Assembly (NCBI RefSeq): GCF_009914755.1
Contig: NC_060933.1
Direction: 5' to 3' (one strand)
DNA: 64,000 bases
Source of the DNA: the human T2T-CHM13v2.0 reference genome, Homo sapiens
The notes under the pieces: model-generated
Told to the model about the DNA's origin: nothing
Database searches by the model: none
The model's input: the letters and a program-made list of their open reading frames with translations, nothing else
Part shown: positions 1 through 19,925 of the stretch, in pieces
Layout of the letters: the number at the start of each line of letters is the position of its first letter
How positions within the stretch are numbered: the first letter of the stretch is position 1
Program-made: the position numbers and the translations under genes

Positions 1-1717
1 GAATTTGTTTTTTGGTTATATAATCTTAGGCTTTTGATTTAATAGCCCCCAAATAATTTCTAAAATAGATTTCTCTATGAGTGAAAAGGGAGAATAAATT
101 TTGTTTATATAGTCACAATCTGTCAGTCTAAGCCTTTCTCCTCTTAAATTTTATATATTGTATCTTAAAAGGTGAAAAATATGCAAAAGCATAAAATAAC
201 CACTGTGTTATTACTTGTTTCATCAAATATAGGATTATTGTCTCAGAATGGGGATTGGAAAAGTATTGTTCACTATGCGAATAAACAAAAGGTTTACGAA
301 AAGGTGACAGAATACATACGTGCTTGTACTAAAACAAGAAAACCTAAAATGTGTATTTCCCGTGCATCTATATTGCAGTGATTTTCTAGAACATTAAATT
401 TGTTCTCTAGAAGTAGTTGTTAATATGCTAATTTTCTTTCTAGACAATCCTACAACAGAGATCTTCTTATATGCTGGCAATGCTGTGTTAGTGAGTACAA
501 CTGAAATTTAAAAAGTAATTTATATTCAAGATCATCAGCCCTAATCTAGTTCCCCCTTTACCCCCTTCTCCCCTCTCTCCTTGCGTATTTAGTGTCTACT
601 ATGGGTAGCACACTCTTTCCTCTTGGTGGCCCTTTTCTTAGTGTCTAGGATAGGGAAATTCCTAAGGAACCCTTCAGTGGAAGTCAAGCATGAGCTTAAG
701 TAACACAGTGGATATTTAAATACACCAAAAGTCTTGTTAGATCTTAAGTTAGGTTATCTCCAACATTTTTATGCTTTTGCATTTTTTTCCAGCTCCCAAA
801 AGAGTGTAAAAAAATAGAATCAATGTGTCTTCAGCATCTTTGTTAGTTGTAGGTTTCAATCCAAGAGCACCAGAATTTTGCTGTCTCTCTTTACACAAGT
901 GGGCTTTGGATTAAAACTCAAGGTAGCAAGTTCAGAAATTGGTCTGAAGTTTTTCATTTTATTTCAAACTGAACTCATGTTACCCCTGTTGAAAATTGTA
1001 CTGACAGGCCTATACATATAATTTATGATATTTCCTATCAAGATGTTTAGCTGAATTAGAAACATTTGTGAACAAGTCCTTCTGCAGCCAGTTAAAAGGC
1101 ATTTTTCTGCTGGGGAAGGGAGGAGGGTGTGGAGTGCAGAGGCACAAAGGAGAACTCGAATACCTTTTATTTCAATGACTGTTTGATCAAGTAATTGACC
1201 GTAAACTGTTTACAACAGTGACCCTTATTGCAACCATGGCGGAGGTGTTTATGGATAGACATTAAGCTCTTTCTTAAGTTGCTCACAAAGTGTGCTGTTT
1301 ACAGAGTAAACTTCCCCAAACATCTTATTTTTCTCTGAAACATTACATAAAGTAGATAACAAGATTGGCTAGACAGCACCAAGAAGGGTGATTATGTTTT
1401 TGGGAGAACCTGACTTTTTCAACAATAATTCCATTTTCACATTTCAGATCATGGAAAAAGGAAACCTCCAAGTAGGATCCATCAGAGGCATTTAAAAAAA
1501 TCAAGGAGAAACCCAGCATTTTACAAAGAGGCTATTGTATCGACTTGTTAAATTGCTTAAAGAGAAAAGTGATGTAGACCACATTGGCTTTTATGCAGGA
1601 TTGAGCAAACTTACCAATGAAGAGAAATACAACACTAGCATTGTGTGAGAGAAAATGTATTTGAAACTACATTTCCAGGGGATTAAGATGTGACACCACC
1701 ACTTTCAGTTAGGTTTG

Positions 1718-2339
1718 CACTGTTGGTGGGAAAGTACATTAGTCCAACCATTGTGGAAGACAGCATGGCGATTCCTCAAAGATCTAGAGGCAGAAATACC
1801 ATTTGACCCAGCAATCCCATTGCTGGGTATGTACCCAAAGGAATAGAAATCATTCTCTTATAAAGATACATGCATGTGTGTGTTCATTGCAGCACTATTC
1901 ACAATACCAAAGACATGAAATCAACCCAAATGCCCATCATGATAGACTGGATGAGGAAAATGTGGTACATATACACAGTGGAATACTATGCAGCCGTAAA
2001 AAGGAACGAGATCATGTTCTTTGCAGGGATGGAGCTGGAAGCCATTATCCTCAGCAACTGCTAACTAAAGTAATGCAAGAACAGAAAACCAAACACCACA
2101 TGTTTTCACTTATAAGTGGGAGCTGAATGATGAGAACACATGGACCCATGGGGGAGGGGAACAACACACACTGGGGCCTATCAGGGGGCAGGGGAAGGAA
2201 GAACATCGGGAAGAATAGCTAATGGATGCTGGGCTTAATACCTAGGTGATGGGTTGATCTGTGCAGCAAATCACCACATGTAACTAACCTGCACATCGTG
2301 CATGTATACCCTGGAACTTGAAGTTAATGAAAAAAAAAT
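1718..2339 (+). mobile_element. 5'-truncated LINE-1 3' fragment (L1PA14-16-like)
   Basis: ORF2 C-terminal motif [18 protein letters not shown], 3'UTR aatagctaatggatgctgggcttaatacctaggtgatggg, A tail. Confidence 0.88.
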
Positions 2340-3824
2340 AGATTTTTGCCAAAGAAACACCAATAGATTTTAAAAATGTTTATATATTGTTTGTAAAATA
2401 AAAGAAAAATTATGCTTATTTTTAAAAGAATGCATTTTTGGAAGGTGTGATTGTGGCCTAAAGAACAAATTTCTGGAAGAAATTGGTACGAATAACACTG
2501 CCCTGTTCACATAAATGTGGCTCCCCAGGTGCAATGTTTGCTGACCTCACACAGTGTGCATAATAATGCCAATTGGTCAGGTATTTCATGAAGTCCCATA
2601 TATGTCTGCACTCTGCTGGATACACATGAGAGGTATAAGATTCCTTCCCTCTGGTGAGGTGCAAAGGCATGAACAAGGTGAAAAGATAGCTGTCTAATGC
2701 AGGCATCGTCATGAACATAACAGAAAGCTTTTGTACCACTCTGGTTGTGAGGGGAAGAGAACACACAGAAGGTGGCAGAAGAAAATGAATGAAATGGGTA
2801 ACTAAGAGGTTTTGGGAATGAAGAGTTGGCAGGACTGGTTTCTGGTCTGGAAGAAAACCCAGGTGACCATGTGTTTCAAGCTTGAGTGAGCAGGAGTGAT
2901 AGGAGAGGTGCTTTTACCCTCCACGTGCTTTTTTTTTTTTTTTTTTTTTTTTGGTCTGGAAGGCAGATGTGATGCCCAGGAGAAGGGTTAGCCATCTTAC
3001 CATCAAGAGGACAAAAGCCACACAGCGTGGAGCGGGAGGAAGGAAGGAGCTTTGGCTCTGGGTAATGTCCTCAAGCACCTGCACCAGCCCTGGAGTTCCT
3101 GTTGGGCAAGGAAACCAACCACTCTGGGGTTAAGCCACGGGTCATTGGGCTTCTGCTCCAAGTGGCCAAGTCCTAACTGACAGGGCCTTAAGGAGAGGAT
3201 CCAGGAAAGCAGAAAGGAGAGAGGAGGGTCATTCATAGGAGGCACAGGGAGACTCAGGCACAGAAGTGGAATGCGTGTGTCATACCCAGGGAATAAGGAG
3301 TAGAAGAGCCTGAGGAGTCATTTATTCTGGCTGAAAGTGTCTGGTGAAAAGCAGGAAGGACGAGGCAGGCATCAAACTGATTTACTATTAAAGAGCTGTC
3401 CTTTAAAAATTCTAGTAAGACCAAACAAATGTGTTTAGTGCTAATTGGGTTGATCAGATTTTCACTGATGATAGTTTTATCATGGGAAAAATGATTTAAT
3501 GATCAATTATTATAACTTGTCAAATAAGCTTTCATAATGAAGATTCCACTGTCTTATTTGGTAACTGGCTGATGGATTTATGGGGGTTCGGATAGCAGAT
3601 GTTGTGTCATCAGCATATGATATACATTGTGTCTGCACAATAGAAAGCAAAGTAGAAACTTTGCTTTCTACTGGTGATGGTTCTGATTGATTGCATTTTT
3701 CTCTCTACAGAGTGAAGCTTTATCATTCGGTTAGAATTATTCAAGCAGAGGTTCGATAAATCCTCCAAGGAGCTTCAAGTAGTGTCCTTCATCTTTCCAG
3801 GGGTTCTTAGACTTTAACAGGCAT

Positions 3825-3969
3825 GAAATTCACTGGGGGAACTTGCTCAAGACCCTCAGAGGTTCTGTACAGCAGATATGGGCTGGTTGTCAGGAATCTT
3901 CATTTTTAACAAGCACCCCTGGCGATTCTGTTGCAGATGGTTTTCCGGGTGTCATGTGAGAAGCATTGA
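3825..3969. mobile_element. MER5-like hAT-Charlie MITE
   Basis: aatcttcatttttaacaagcacccctggcgattctg...gagaagcattg resembles the MER5 consensus. Confidence 0.6.
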
Positions 3970-5020
3970 TCTACGATCTGTTCCCCTTCCTGCTTCCTCT
4001 TCTCCTTTTTGCCCATGTTCTGTTGCTATCCAGAAGGAAAAGACTTTCTGAAGGTGAGGGTCTCATTTTATCGCCTGTGACTTTTTGCTTGTAACTGGGA
4101 GGTTTTACTAAAGGGCATGCCGTTTTCAGACTCTTTTCATACCTAAAAAAAAAAAAAAGGTTTGTCTTTTGAATTCCAAAGGAATATTTGTTCATTAACT
4201 AGAAAACTTGTAAAAACTCAGTAAGGGATAAATAATAAAATATAAATCATCATAATTCCTCTATCTAGACAGAGCCACCATTAATGTTCTGGTGTATCTC
4301 CTTTTCTTCTTCTTCCACTTTACATAAAAATTGGAATCAAATATATTTAAAGGCCTATGCTGTTTTTCATACCACTCATGTCTGATCATCTCAGTTCTAA
4401 CATTGCGGTGAAGGTATTCTGCTCTATTCACAAATCTCCTGTTTAGTATCACCTCATGAATCTCTTTAGAATATTTATGCAAATACGTTGTTTTATGAAG
4501 AAAAGATACATTTAGCAAATGAACAAGGTCTTGCTGGTTTAAAATGAGCAGGATAATGTTCATTTTAGGAAAGACTCAGAGTAAAGACATTTATTTTTAT
4601 TATTTTTGGTGAATTTAAGTTATAAACAACTCTCCCTATGCCATTTGCATTTAAAACCTTATTAGACTACCACATCTCTGTGCATTGTCACAGTGGTCAT
4701 GGTGTAGTGAGGGCTTACATGTTCATTCAGCTCCTTGAATCAGCCAGGAATCTTTGGTTGCAAGCAACAGAAACTGACCTTGGCTAACATAACATGGAAA
4801 GTTTACTGGTCAGACATGGGTAGCTCAAAGAACGGAAAGAAAGGCAGAAGAACTGGGCATTAGGGAATATAGAATAGCTCAGAAGATCTAGGTGGCTCGT
4901 GCTAAAGGGTGTTCTCTTTTGGGCATTGGTCCCGGAATTAATCTGCACCAACTGTTTTCTGTTACTGGCTCCTCCTCTAAAAGAACACCAGTTCATTCAT
5001 TCATGCATCACATATTTATT

Positions 5021-5454
5021 TATTTTTAATAATGTCAGCTTTTATTTTAGATTCAGAGTGTACTTGTGCAAGTTTGTTACATGGGTATATGGCATGATGC
5101 TGAGTTTTGAGGTATAAAGGATCATAGTACCCAATAGGTACTTTTTCAGCCCTTATCCCCATCTCCGCTCTACCCACTCTGGTAGTCTCCAGTGTTCATT
5201 GTTCCTATCTTTATGTCCATGTGTACCCAGTATTTAGCTCCCACTTACATGTGAGGATAAGTGGTATTTGTTTTTCTGTTCCTGTGCTGTTTGCTTAGGA
5301 TAATGGCCTCCAGCTGCATCCATGTTGTTACAAAGGATATGACTTAATTCTTCTGTAGGGCTGCATAGTATTCCATAGTGTATATATACTACATTTTCTC
5401 TATCCAATCTGCTGTTGATGGGCATCTAGGTTGATTCCATGGCTTTACTATTGA
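5021..5454 (-). mobile_element. L1PA16-like 3' fragment
   Basis: Antisense L1 3'UTR and ORF2 end; 14-bp TSD atcacatatttatt (5007-5020) / atcatgtatttatt (5455-5468). Confidence 0.85.
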
Positions 5455-5846
5455 ATCATGTATTTATTGAGTGCAAAGCACCGTTTTAGGTTCTCGGTTT
5501 AAAACACTGAACAAAACAGATAAAAATTATTGCCATGATGGAGCTTACATTCTAGTTAGAAGAGACTGGCAATATAAATTAACAAACAAAAATGAATAAA
5601 ACATATAATATGCTACTTGGCAATTCATGTTATGGAGACTAAATGGAGAGGTTGATGCATTTTTTTGTTTGTTTGTTTGTTTTACTTTTTCTATGGGTGA
5701 TGCAATTTTAAATTGAGTGACTGGTAAAGGCCTGACTTAAAAGTGAGGTTTGAGCCAAGACCCAGAAGACATCTGTGTAGATGTTAGGGATGAGCTTTCC
5801 TGGCAGAGGAGACAGTGATGACTTGCTTTTTAAAAGGCTCACTGTG

Positions 5847-6286
<440 letters not shown>

Positions 6287-7124
6287 CTAGGATACGAAGC
6301 ATGACAGAAAGAGATGAATCAATCATGACTCCCAGGTTTCTTCACCTGAGCAGCTATTAAGATGGAAAAGGCTACGGGAAAGAGCAGTTTTTGGGGGATT
6401 CAGAAGCTTGGTTTCGATGTGTTAAATTGCAAGTAGGCAATCAGGGTTCAAGGGAGAGGTCTGTGCTGGAGATATTAATTTGGGAGACATCAGTAAATCA
6501 TTGGTATTACAACCATGAGGCTGGTTGAGATCAACTTGGGAGTGAGTGTAGATGGAAAAGAGAAAAAGCCCGAGGCAGAGACACAAGGGGAGGAACTGGA
6601 AAAGAGGACTGAGGAGAAGTGACCTAACCGACTAGACCATCTTGTATCTTATGGCCATGCCTTAGTCTGTGAATCGGAGCACCATGCTTGATAGTCTCAC
6701 CAAGATTGCAGGCAATGGTGGAGTTGGTACTTCAAAGCCATTATCAGAAGGAATGGACTTGTGCAGGCATAAACATGTGGCTACCATATTCCTCTTTCTC
6801 AAATTTGCTAGCTATGTATTTCGCTCCTTTCACAAAAGTATGTAATGGAAGTAAGTTGCATATGAAGTACTAAGGCACATAATCTGGATTATATGAAGTT
6901 ACTGGGTCCTTGTGCAAATCCATGCTGTTTAATTTCTTAATAAAAATAAGCTCAAGAATCCCCACTGTCCTTTGAATTCTTGAAACTCTCGAGTGCCAAT
7001 GATTTGATTGCCAAACTGGAAATTAGACTGTAAACCTTTAAGGCAAGGATTGTGCCTTATTTGTCTCTGTGTCCCTTACCAAACATAGAGCATGGTATAG
7101 GTTAGGTATTTAATATATGCTTTT

Positions 7125-7259
7125 TTCTTAAAAAAAAAAAAAAAGAGAGGGTCTTCCTATGTTGCCCAGGCTGTACTTGAACTCCTGGGCTTAAGTGATC
7201 CTCCTGTTTCAGACTCCTGAATAGCTGGGACTACAGGTGCATTGCCAGCACACCTGGGC
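7125..7259 (-). mobile_element. FLAM (Alu monomer) inside an L2 3' end
   Basis: Single Alu arm; TSD aatatatgctttt at 7112-7124 and 7260-7272. Confidence 0.85.
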
Positions 7260-7339
7260 AATATATGCTTTTAAAATAAATCAATGCATGAATCATTTGA
7301 GACACTTGACACCTTTTATTTCCTTTTTGTTGTTGGGTA

Positions 7340-7880
7340 GCATATTTATCAGAACTTTTATTCTCAAAATAGAAACCTAGATAAAACCATCTTAAGCAAG
7401 AAATGAAATGTATTGGGTCTCATGATTAAAATGTGAGAATGACTTTAGGCATGACTGTATTCAGGTGTCAAGCAATATATTCATATCTATCTCTCACTTT
7501 TGACAGTGCTTCATTCGTTAAGGGCACCGTTCTCACACAGGATCTTTCCCCTGCAAGATGTTCACCAGCAGATCCAGATTTACATTGTACCAGCTTAGCA
7601 AACCCGGTAGAAAGGAAACATCTTTTCCCAGTAGTTCCTGAAGAAGTTCTCAGACATGGGCCACATGTGTAGCCCTGAATCAATCACTGTGGCCAGGATG
7701 ATGGAGTCTTCTCTTCGTTGAGTCCTGGTCAAATGTTCTCCTTGAGTACTAGGACCATGAAGTAGGCTCTGCCCAAATTGCATCAACTAAGAAGTGATCC
7801 TGCAGGAAAAATAAAGGTGATAATGGCATAAGACAAAGGAATGGATACTGAGCAGGCAGAAGCAACAGATGGCCACTACA
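7340..7880 (-). mobile_element. MLT1 (J/K-like) MaLR LTR
   Basis: agaaacc...cttaagcaagaaatgaaatgtattgg, aatcaatcactgtggccagg, terminal ccactaca. Confidence 0.65.
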
Positions 7881-9464
7881 GTTATGAAGTATATCATAGG
7901 AGCACATGGGAGAAGCAGTCAAATTCCCTGATCCTTCATAGTGTCTTTTTACACAGAAATTGCCACATCTGGTTGTGTTTGGTTTATCCATGGTTTGGAA
8001 TGAGTCAGGAAATCACAAGCAGTTGTGCTTGAACTTTGTAAACTACAGAACCACTAGGATAGTGCTGAAAATCTGTTTCCCTTCTCTCTCTGCACCTCAG
8101 ACCTGGGAGAGCAGCTCTAGGCATTGCTTTGCCCCTCTGAAGGCTCACAAGCCTGAGGCAGCCTGGAGCCCTGCCCAGAAGACACCCTGTTAAACACAGA
8201 GATGAAGTTATCACTGGCTTGGCAAATTCTTCTCTGGCTGTTTTATGATAATACCATCAGCCAAGGAGATGAAGCAAGGCATGGCGCTTCAGAACAATGA
8301 AGCCCCTTGGTGGAACAGCATAGACCTTGGAAAAAAGAACTTTGAGACCCCTTGGGGGAAGTCACTGTGATTTTGAAGGTGTTTCACTCAGGAAAGGAGC
8401 CTGTGATTTGTGAAGCAAGACTAACCTGCTTGTGGGAAGCTGCAGCATGAAATGAGACAAGGTGTGATAACCTGTCAAGTTCCAAAGAGAGATGATTTAG
8501 GAGGAGATAGCGGCTTGAAAACGTGAGGATGGGTGTTACTAACTTAATCCATATGATGCCTTCAAAACAAAAAGTATATTAGGGGTGAAAGGCATGGAAC
8601 AGACATTATTCATTGTCTCCAGGTGATATTTCTCTTGTGAGTTTACAAGCAAGTGTTGGCATGCTGTGTGCAGACATTTGTACAATAGATTACAGCACCC
8701 AGATCGCCTCAGATGAAAAGTAGGGGAGACACCTTTGACTTTTTCCCTTCCCTGGTCTAATTTATCTATCTCATTTATTCCAGACAAGGGCTCCTTTACT
8801 TTGTGAAAATTAGAGACATCTGTAGTTATACAACCTGAGTTGAGGACAATCAAAGCTCACGCTGCCAGGTGTGAACAGATTGCTTGTAGGGTCAGGAAGG
8901 TGCCTCTTTTCCTTCTCCTCCTCCTCCTTTCATGGGCACCATCCACAATCAGGAGATGTTTTCCAGGAGTGAGTGGGGAGGGAGGGAAGAGGAATCCGTA
9001 TTCTGGTGGGAGCAGCAGATGCTGAATGGACCAGGATGACTCATACAAATGGAAATGTGCTTCCAATTCCGCAAGACAAGTCCATAGACCCTCCTGCTAA
9101 TCTTGGGGCTCAGGGTGATACCACAAAGGGGAGGACAGCTCCCTGAATGGCTCCATATTTGGGTAATGTTCCAACTGCAACAACTCACTTCCGCTAGAAT
9201 ATTCACCTCCATCCCCCAGACTGGGAAAAGACCTTCCAAATTTCGGGGGCAGATCCTCAGAAGGGTCTAGCTCTCCTAGGAAGATGTGAGATTTCTAATT
9301 AGAAATGAGGATGAGGTTCTATGATGATGCTCATACAATTTTCATTTTGAGTTTGAAATTTTACTTATTAATTAAATTTAAAAATTGACACACAAGTCAG
9401 TCATTGGAGAATTTTTAAGTATATATTTGGGACAAATTGGGTATGTGAACCTACTCCTTTTAAA

Positions 9465-11890
9465 AAATATACTTTCTTTTTTTAGAGTAGTTTTAGGTTC
9501 ACAGCAAAACTGAAAGGAAGGTAGAGAGATTTCCCATATACCTCCTACCCCACATGTGCATATCCTCTCCCGTTATCTTTGAGAATGTTGAATATTGGCC
9601 CCCACTCTCTTCTGGCTTGTAGAGTTTCTGCCGAGAGATCAGCTGTTAGTCTGATGGGTTTCCCTTTGTGGGTAACCCGACCTTTCTCTCTGGCTGCCCT
9701 TAACATTTTTTCCTTCATTTCAACTTTGGTGAATCTGACAATTATGTGTCTTGGAGTTGCTGTTCTCGAGGAGTATCTTTGTGGCGTTCTCTGTATTTCC
9801 CGAATGTGAATGTTGGCCTGCCTTGCTAGGATGGGGAAGTTCTCCTGGATAATATCCTGAAGAGTGTTTTCCAACTTGGTTCCATTCTCCCTGTCACTTT
9901 CAGGTACACCAATCAGATGTAGATTTGGTCTTTTCCCATAGTCCCATATTTCTTGGAAGCTTTGTTTATTTCTTTTTACTCTTTTCTCTCTAAACTTCTC
10001 TTCTTGCTTCATTTCATTCATCTGATCTTCAATCACTGATACCATTTCTTCCACTTGATCGAATCGGCTACTGAAGCTTGTGCATTTGTCATGTAGTTCT
10101 TGTGCCATGGTTTGCAGCTCAATCAGGTCATTAAGGACTTCTCTACATTGGTTATTCTAGTTAGCCATTCGCCTAATCTTTTTCCTAGGTTTTTAACTTC
10201 TTTGTGTTGTGTTCGAACTTCCTCCCTTAGCTCAGAGAAGTTTGATCATCTGAAGCTTCTTTTTTCAACTCGTCAAAGTCATTCTCCATCCAGCTTTGTT
10301 CCGTTGCTGGCGAGGAGCTGCGCTCCTTTGGAGGGGGAGAGGTGCTCTGATTTTTAGAATTTTCAGCTTTTCTGCTCTGTTTTTTCCCCATCTTTGTGGT
10401 TTTATCTACCTTTGGTCTTTGATGATGGTGACTGACAGATGGGGTTTTGGTGTGGATGTCCTTTCTGTTTGTTAGTTTTCCTTCTAACAGTCAGGACCCT
10501 CAGCTGCAGGTCTGTTGGAGTTTGCTGGAGGTCCACTCCTGGATATCAGCAGCGTAGGCTGCCAAACAGCAAATATTTCTGAAAAGCAAATGTTGCTGCC
10601 TGATTGTTCCTCTGGAAGCTTCGTCTCAGAGGGGTACCCAGCTGTGTGAGGTGTCGGTCTGCTCCTACTTGGGGGTGCCTCCTAGTTAGGCTACTCGGAG
10701 GTCAGGGACCCACTTGAGGAGGCAGTCTGTCCATTCTTAGATCTCAAACTCTGTGCTGTGAGAACCACTACTCTCTTCAAAGCTGTCAGACAGGGACATT
10801 TAAATCTGCAGAGGTTTCTGCTGTCTTTTGTTTGGCTATGCCCTGCCCCCAGAGGTGGAGTCTACGGAGGCAGGCAGGCCTCCTTGAGCTGCGGTGGGCT
10901 CCACCCAGTTCGAGCTTCCCGGCCTCTTTGTTTACCTACTCAAGCCCTGGCAGTGGAGGGCGCCCCTCCCCCAGCCTTGCTGCCGCCTTGCAGTTTGATC
11001 TCAGACTGCTGTGCTAGCAGTGAGTGAGGGTCCGTGGGTGTGGGAGCCTCCAAGACAGGCACGGGATATAATCTCCTGGTGTGCCCTTTGCTAAGACCAT
11101 TGGAAAAGCATAGTATCAGGGTGGGAGTGACCCAATTTTCCAGGTGCCGTCTGTCACCCCTTCCCTTGGCTAGGAAAGGGAATTCCCTGACCCCTTGCAC
11201 TTCCTGGGTGAGGCAGTGCTTCACCCTGCTTTGGCTCACACTTGGTGGCCTGCACCCACTGTCCTGCCCCCACTGTCCTGCCCCCACTGTCCAACGAGCC
11301 CCAGTGAGATGAACCCGGTACCTCAGTTGGAAATGCAGAAATCACCCATCTTGTGTGTCACTCAGGCCGGGAGCTGTAGACTGGAGCTGTTCCTTTTAGG
11401 CCATCTTGGAACCGCCTTTCCCCTCTCCCGTTATCAACATCCTCTCCAGAGTGGTAAATTTGTTACAATCGATGAACGTATATTGACATGTCATTATCAT
11501 CTAAAGTCCATGCTTTACATAGGGTTCACTCTTGTTGCTGTACCTTCTATGAGTATTGAAAGATGTATAATGACATGTATCCACCACTACAATATCATAC
11601 AGAATAATTTCAGTGCCCTAAACATCCTCTGTGTCTTGCCTAGTCACCTGTCTCTCCGCTGTAACCCTTGACAATCACTGATCCTTTTACTATCTTCATA
11701 GTTTTGCCTTTTCCAGAATGTCATGTTTGACTAAAACAGTATGTAGCCTTTTCAGATTGGCTTCTTTCACTTAGTAATATATATCTAAGGTTTCTCTATG
11801 TCTTTTTATGGCTTGATAGCTCATTGGGGTTTTTTTTTTTCTTTTTTTTTTTTAGTGCTGAGTATGATTCCATTGTCTGGATGTACTTAC
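9465..11890 (-). mobile_element. Old L1MC-type 3' end split by a younger L1
   Basis: gttttaggttcacagcaaaa...ttcccatata on the left continues as aacatcctctccagagtggtaaatttgttacaatcgatgaac...gccttttcagattggcttc on the right. Confidence 0.8.
9578..11421 (-). mobile_element. L1PA5-like element: complete 5'UTR plus most of ORF1, 3'-truncated, no poly(A)
   Basis: 5' end ggcggttccaagatggcc...; ORF1 ATG at 10391; ends at ORF1 ...PIFNILK; perfect 14-bp TSD cctctcccgttatc at 9564-9577 and 11422-11435. Confidence 0.93.
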
Positions 11891-12134
11891 AATTCCCATA
11901 TGATTTTGAAATGGAGGGTTTTCTCCTTGGGATCAAGGGACATCATGGATAGTGAGGCAGATCTGGAGGACTGCATGAGCCGCAAGCATGCCAGAGCTGT
12001 CTCCTGCTCACTGACACTGAAATGCCACTTGTTGCAGTGGTTTAGGGAGCATGGGAAACCTTTTCTGTCTTTTCCTCTCTAATTTTTGACTGGACTTATT
12101 TGCTACCACCTGTAGGAGCAGAGATATTAAATGG

Positions 12135-12881
<747 letters not shown>

Positions 12882-13444
12882 TGATGAGCATGGTCAATTT
12901 CAGGGCTGTGTTTCCTCTGCATATTTAACTTATGAATGAATATTCCCTCACCATCATAAACCCCCACCAACCCCCAAAGTCACACTCCAAACACTGGAGG
13001 TCTCATAGGCTGACATATATAGGGACTGCCCCAAACTCAACCTGAACCACCCCAAACTCAATTCAAACTGCCTGAACACAAAATTTCCAGTTAATTAGCC
13101 CGCAGTTGATTTCTAGACCATGCCACCAGTTGAGCTGTTTCCCCCTGAGTCCTTCTGGAAGCAAAGCCAGTTTTGGGTGAATTTGAGAAAGGTGTTGCTT
13201 ATGGAGACTCTCAGGAATGCAAAACTTTCACATTTCTCTAGTTAGGCAGTGGAGGTTTAACCATGTCATTGATGCTTGGAGGGCTGATGTGTCCATTACT
13301 CATCCCTGACAGAGGTTATTTTTGCCTGGGAAACATATTGATCTTTACTTTAAGCTGTTCCACTGAAAATGCAATGCAGAAACTCAATCAAAAAATGAAG
13401 GGAGACATCTCAGGTCTTGTCACACAGTTTGCTTGTCAATTCTT

Positions 13445-19925
<6,481 letters not shown>

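Noticed and set aside
9114-9162. Possible further exon of the candidate chain
   Set aside because: Poor acceptor and an immediate stop; too weak to include
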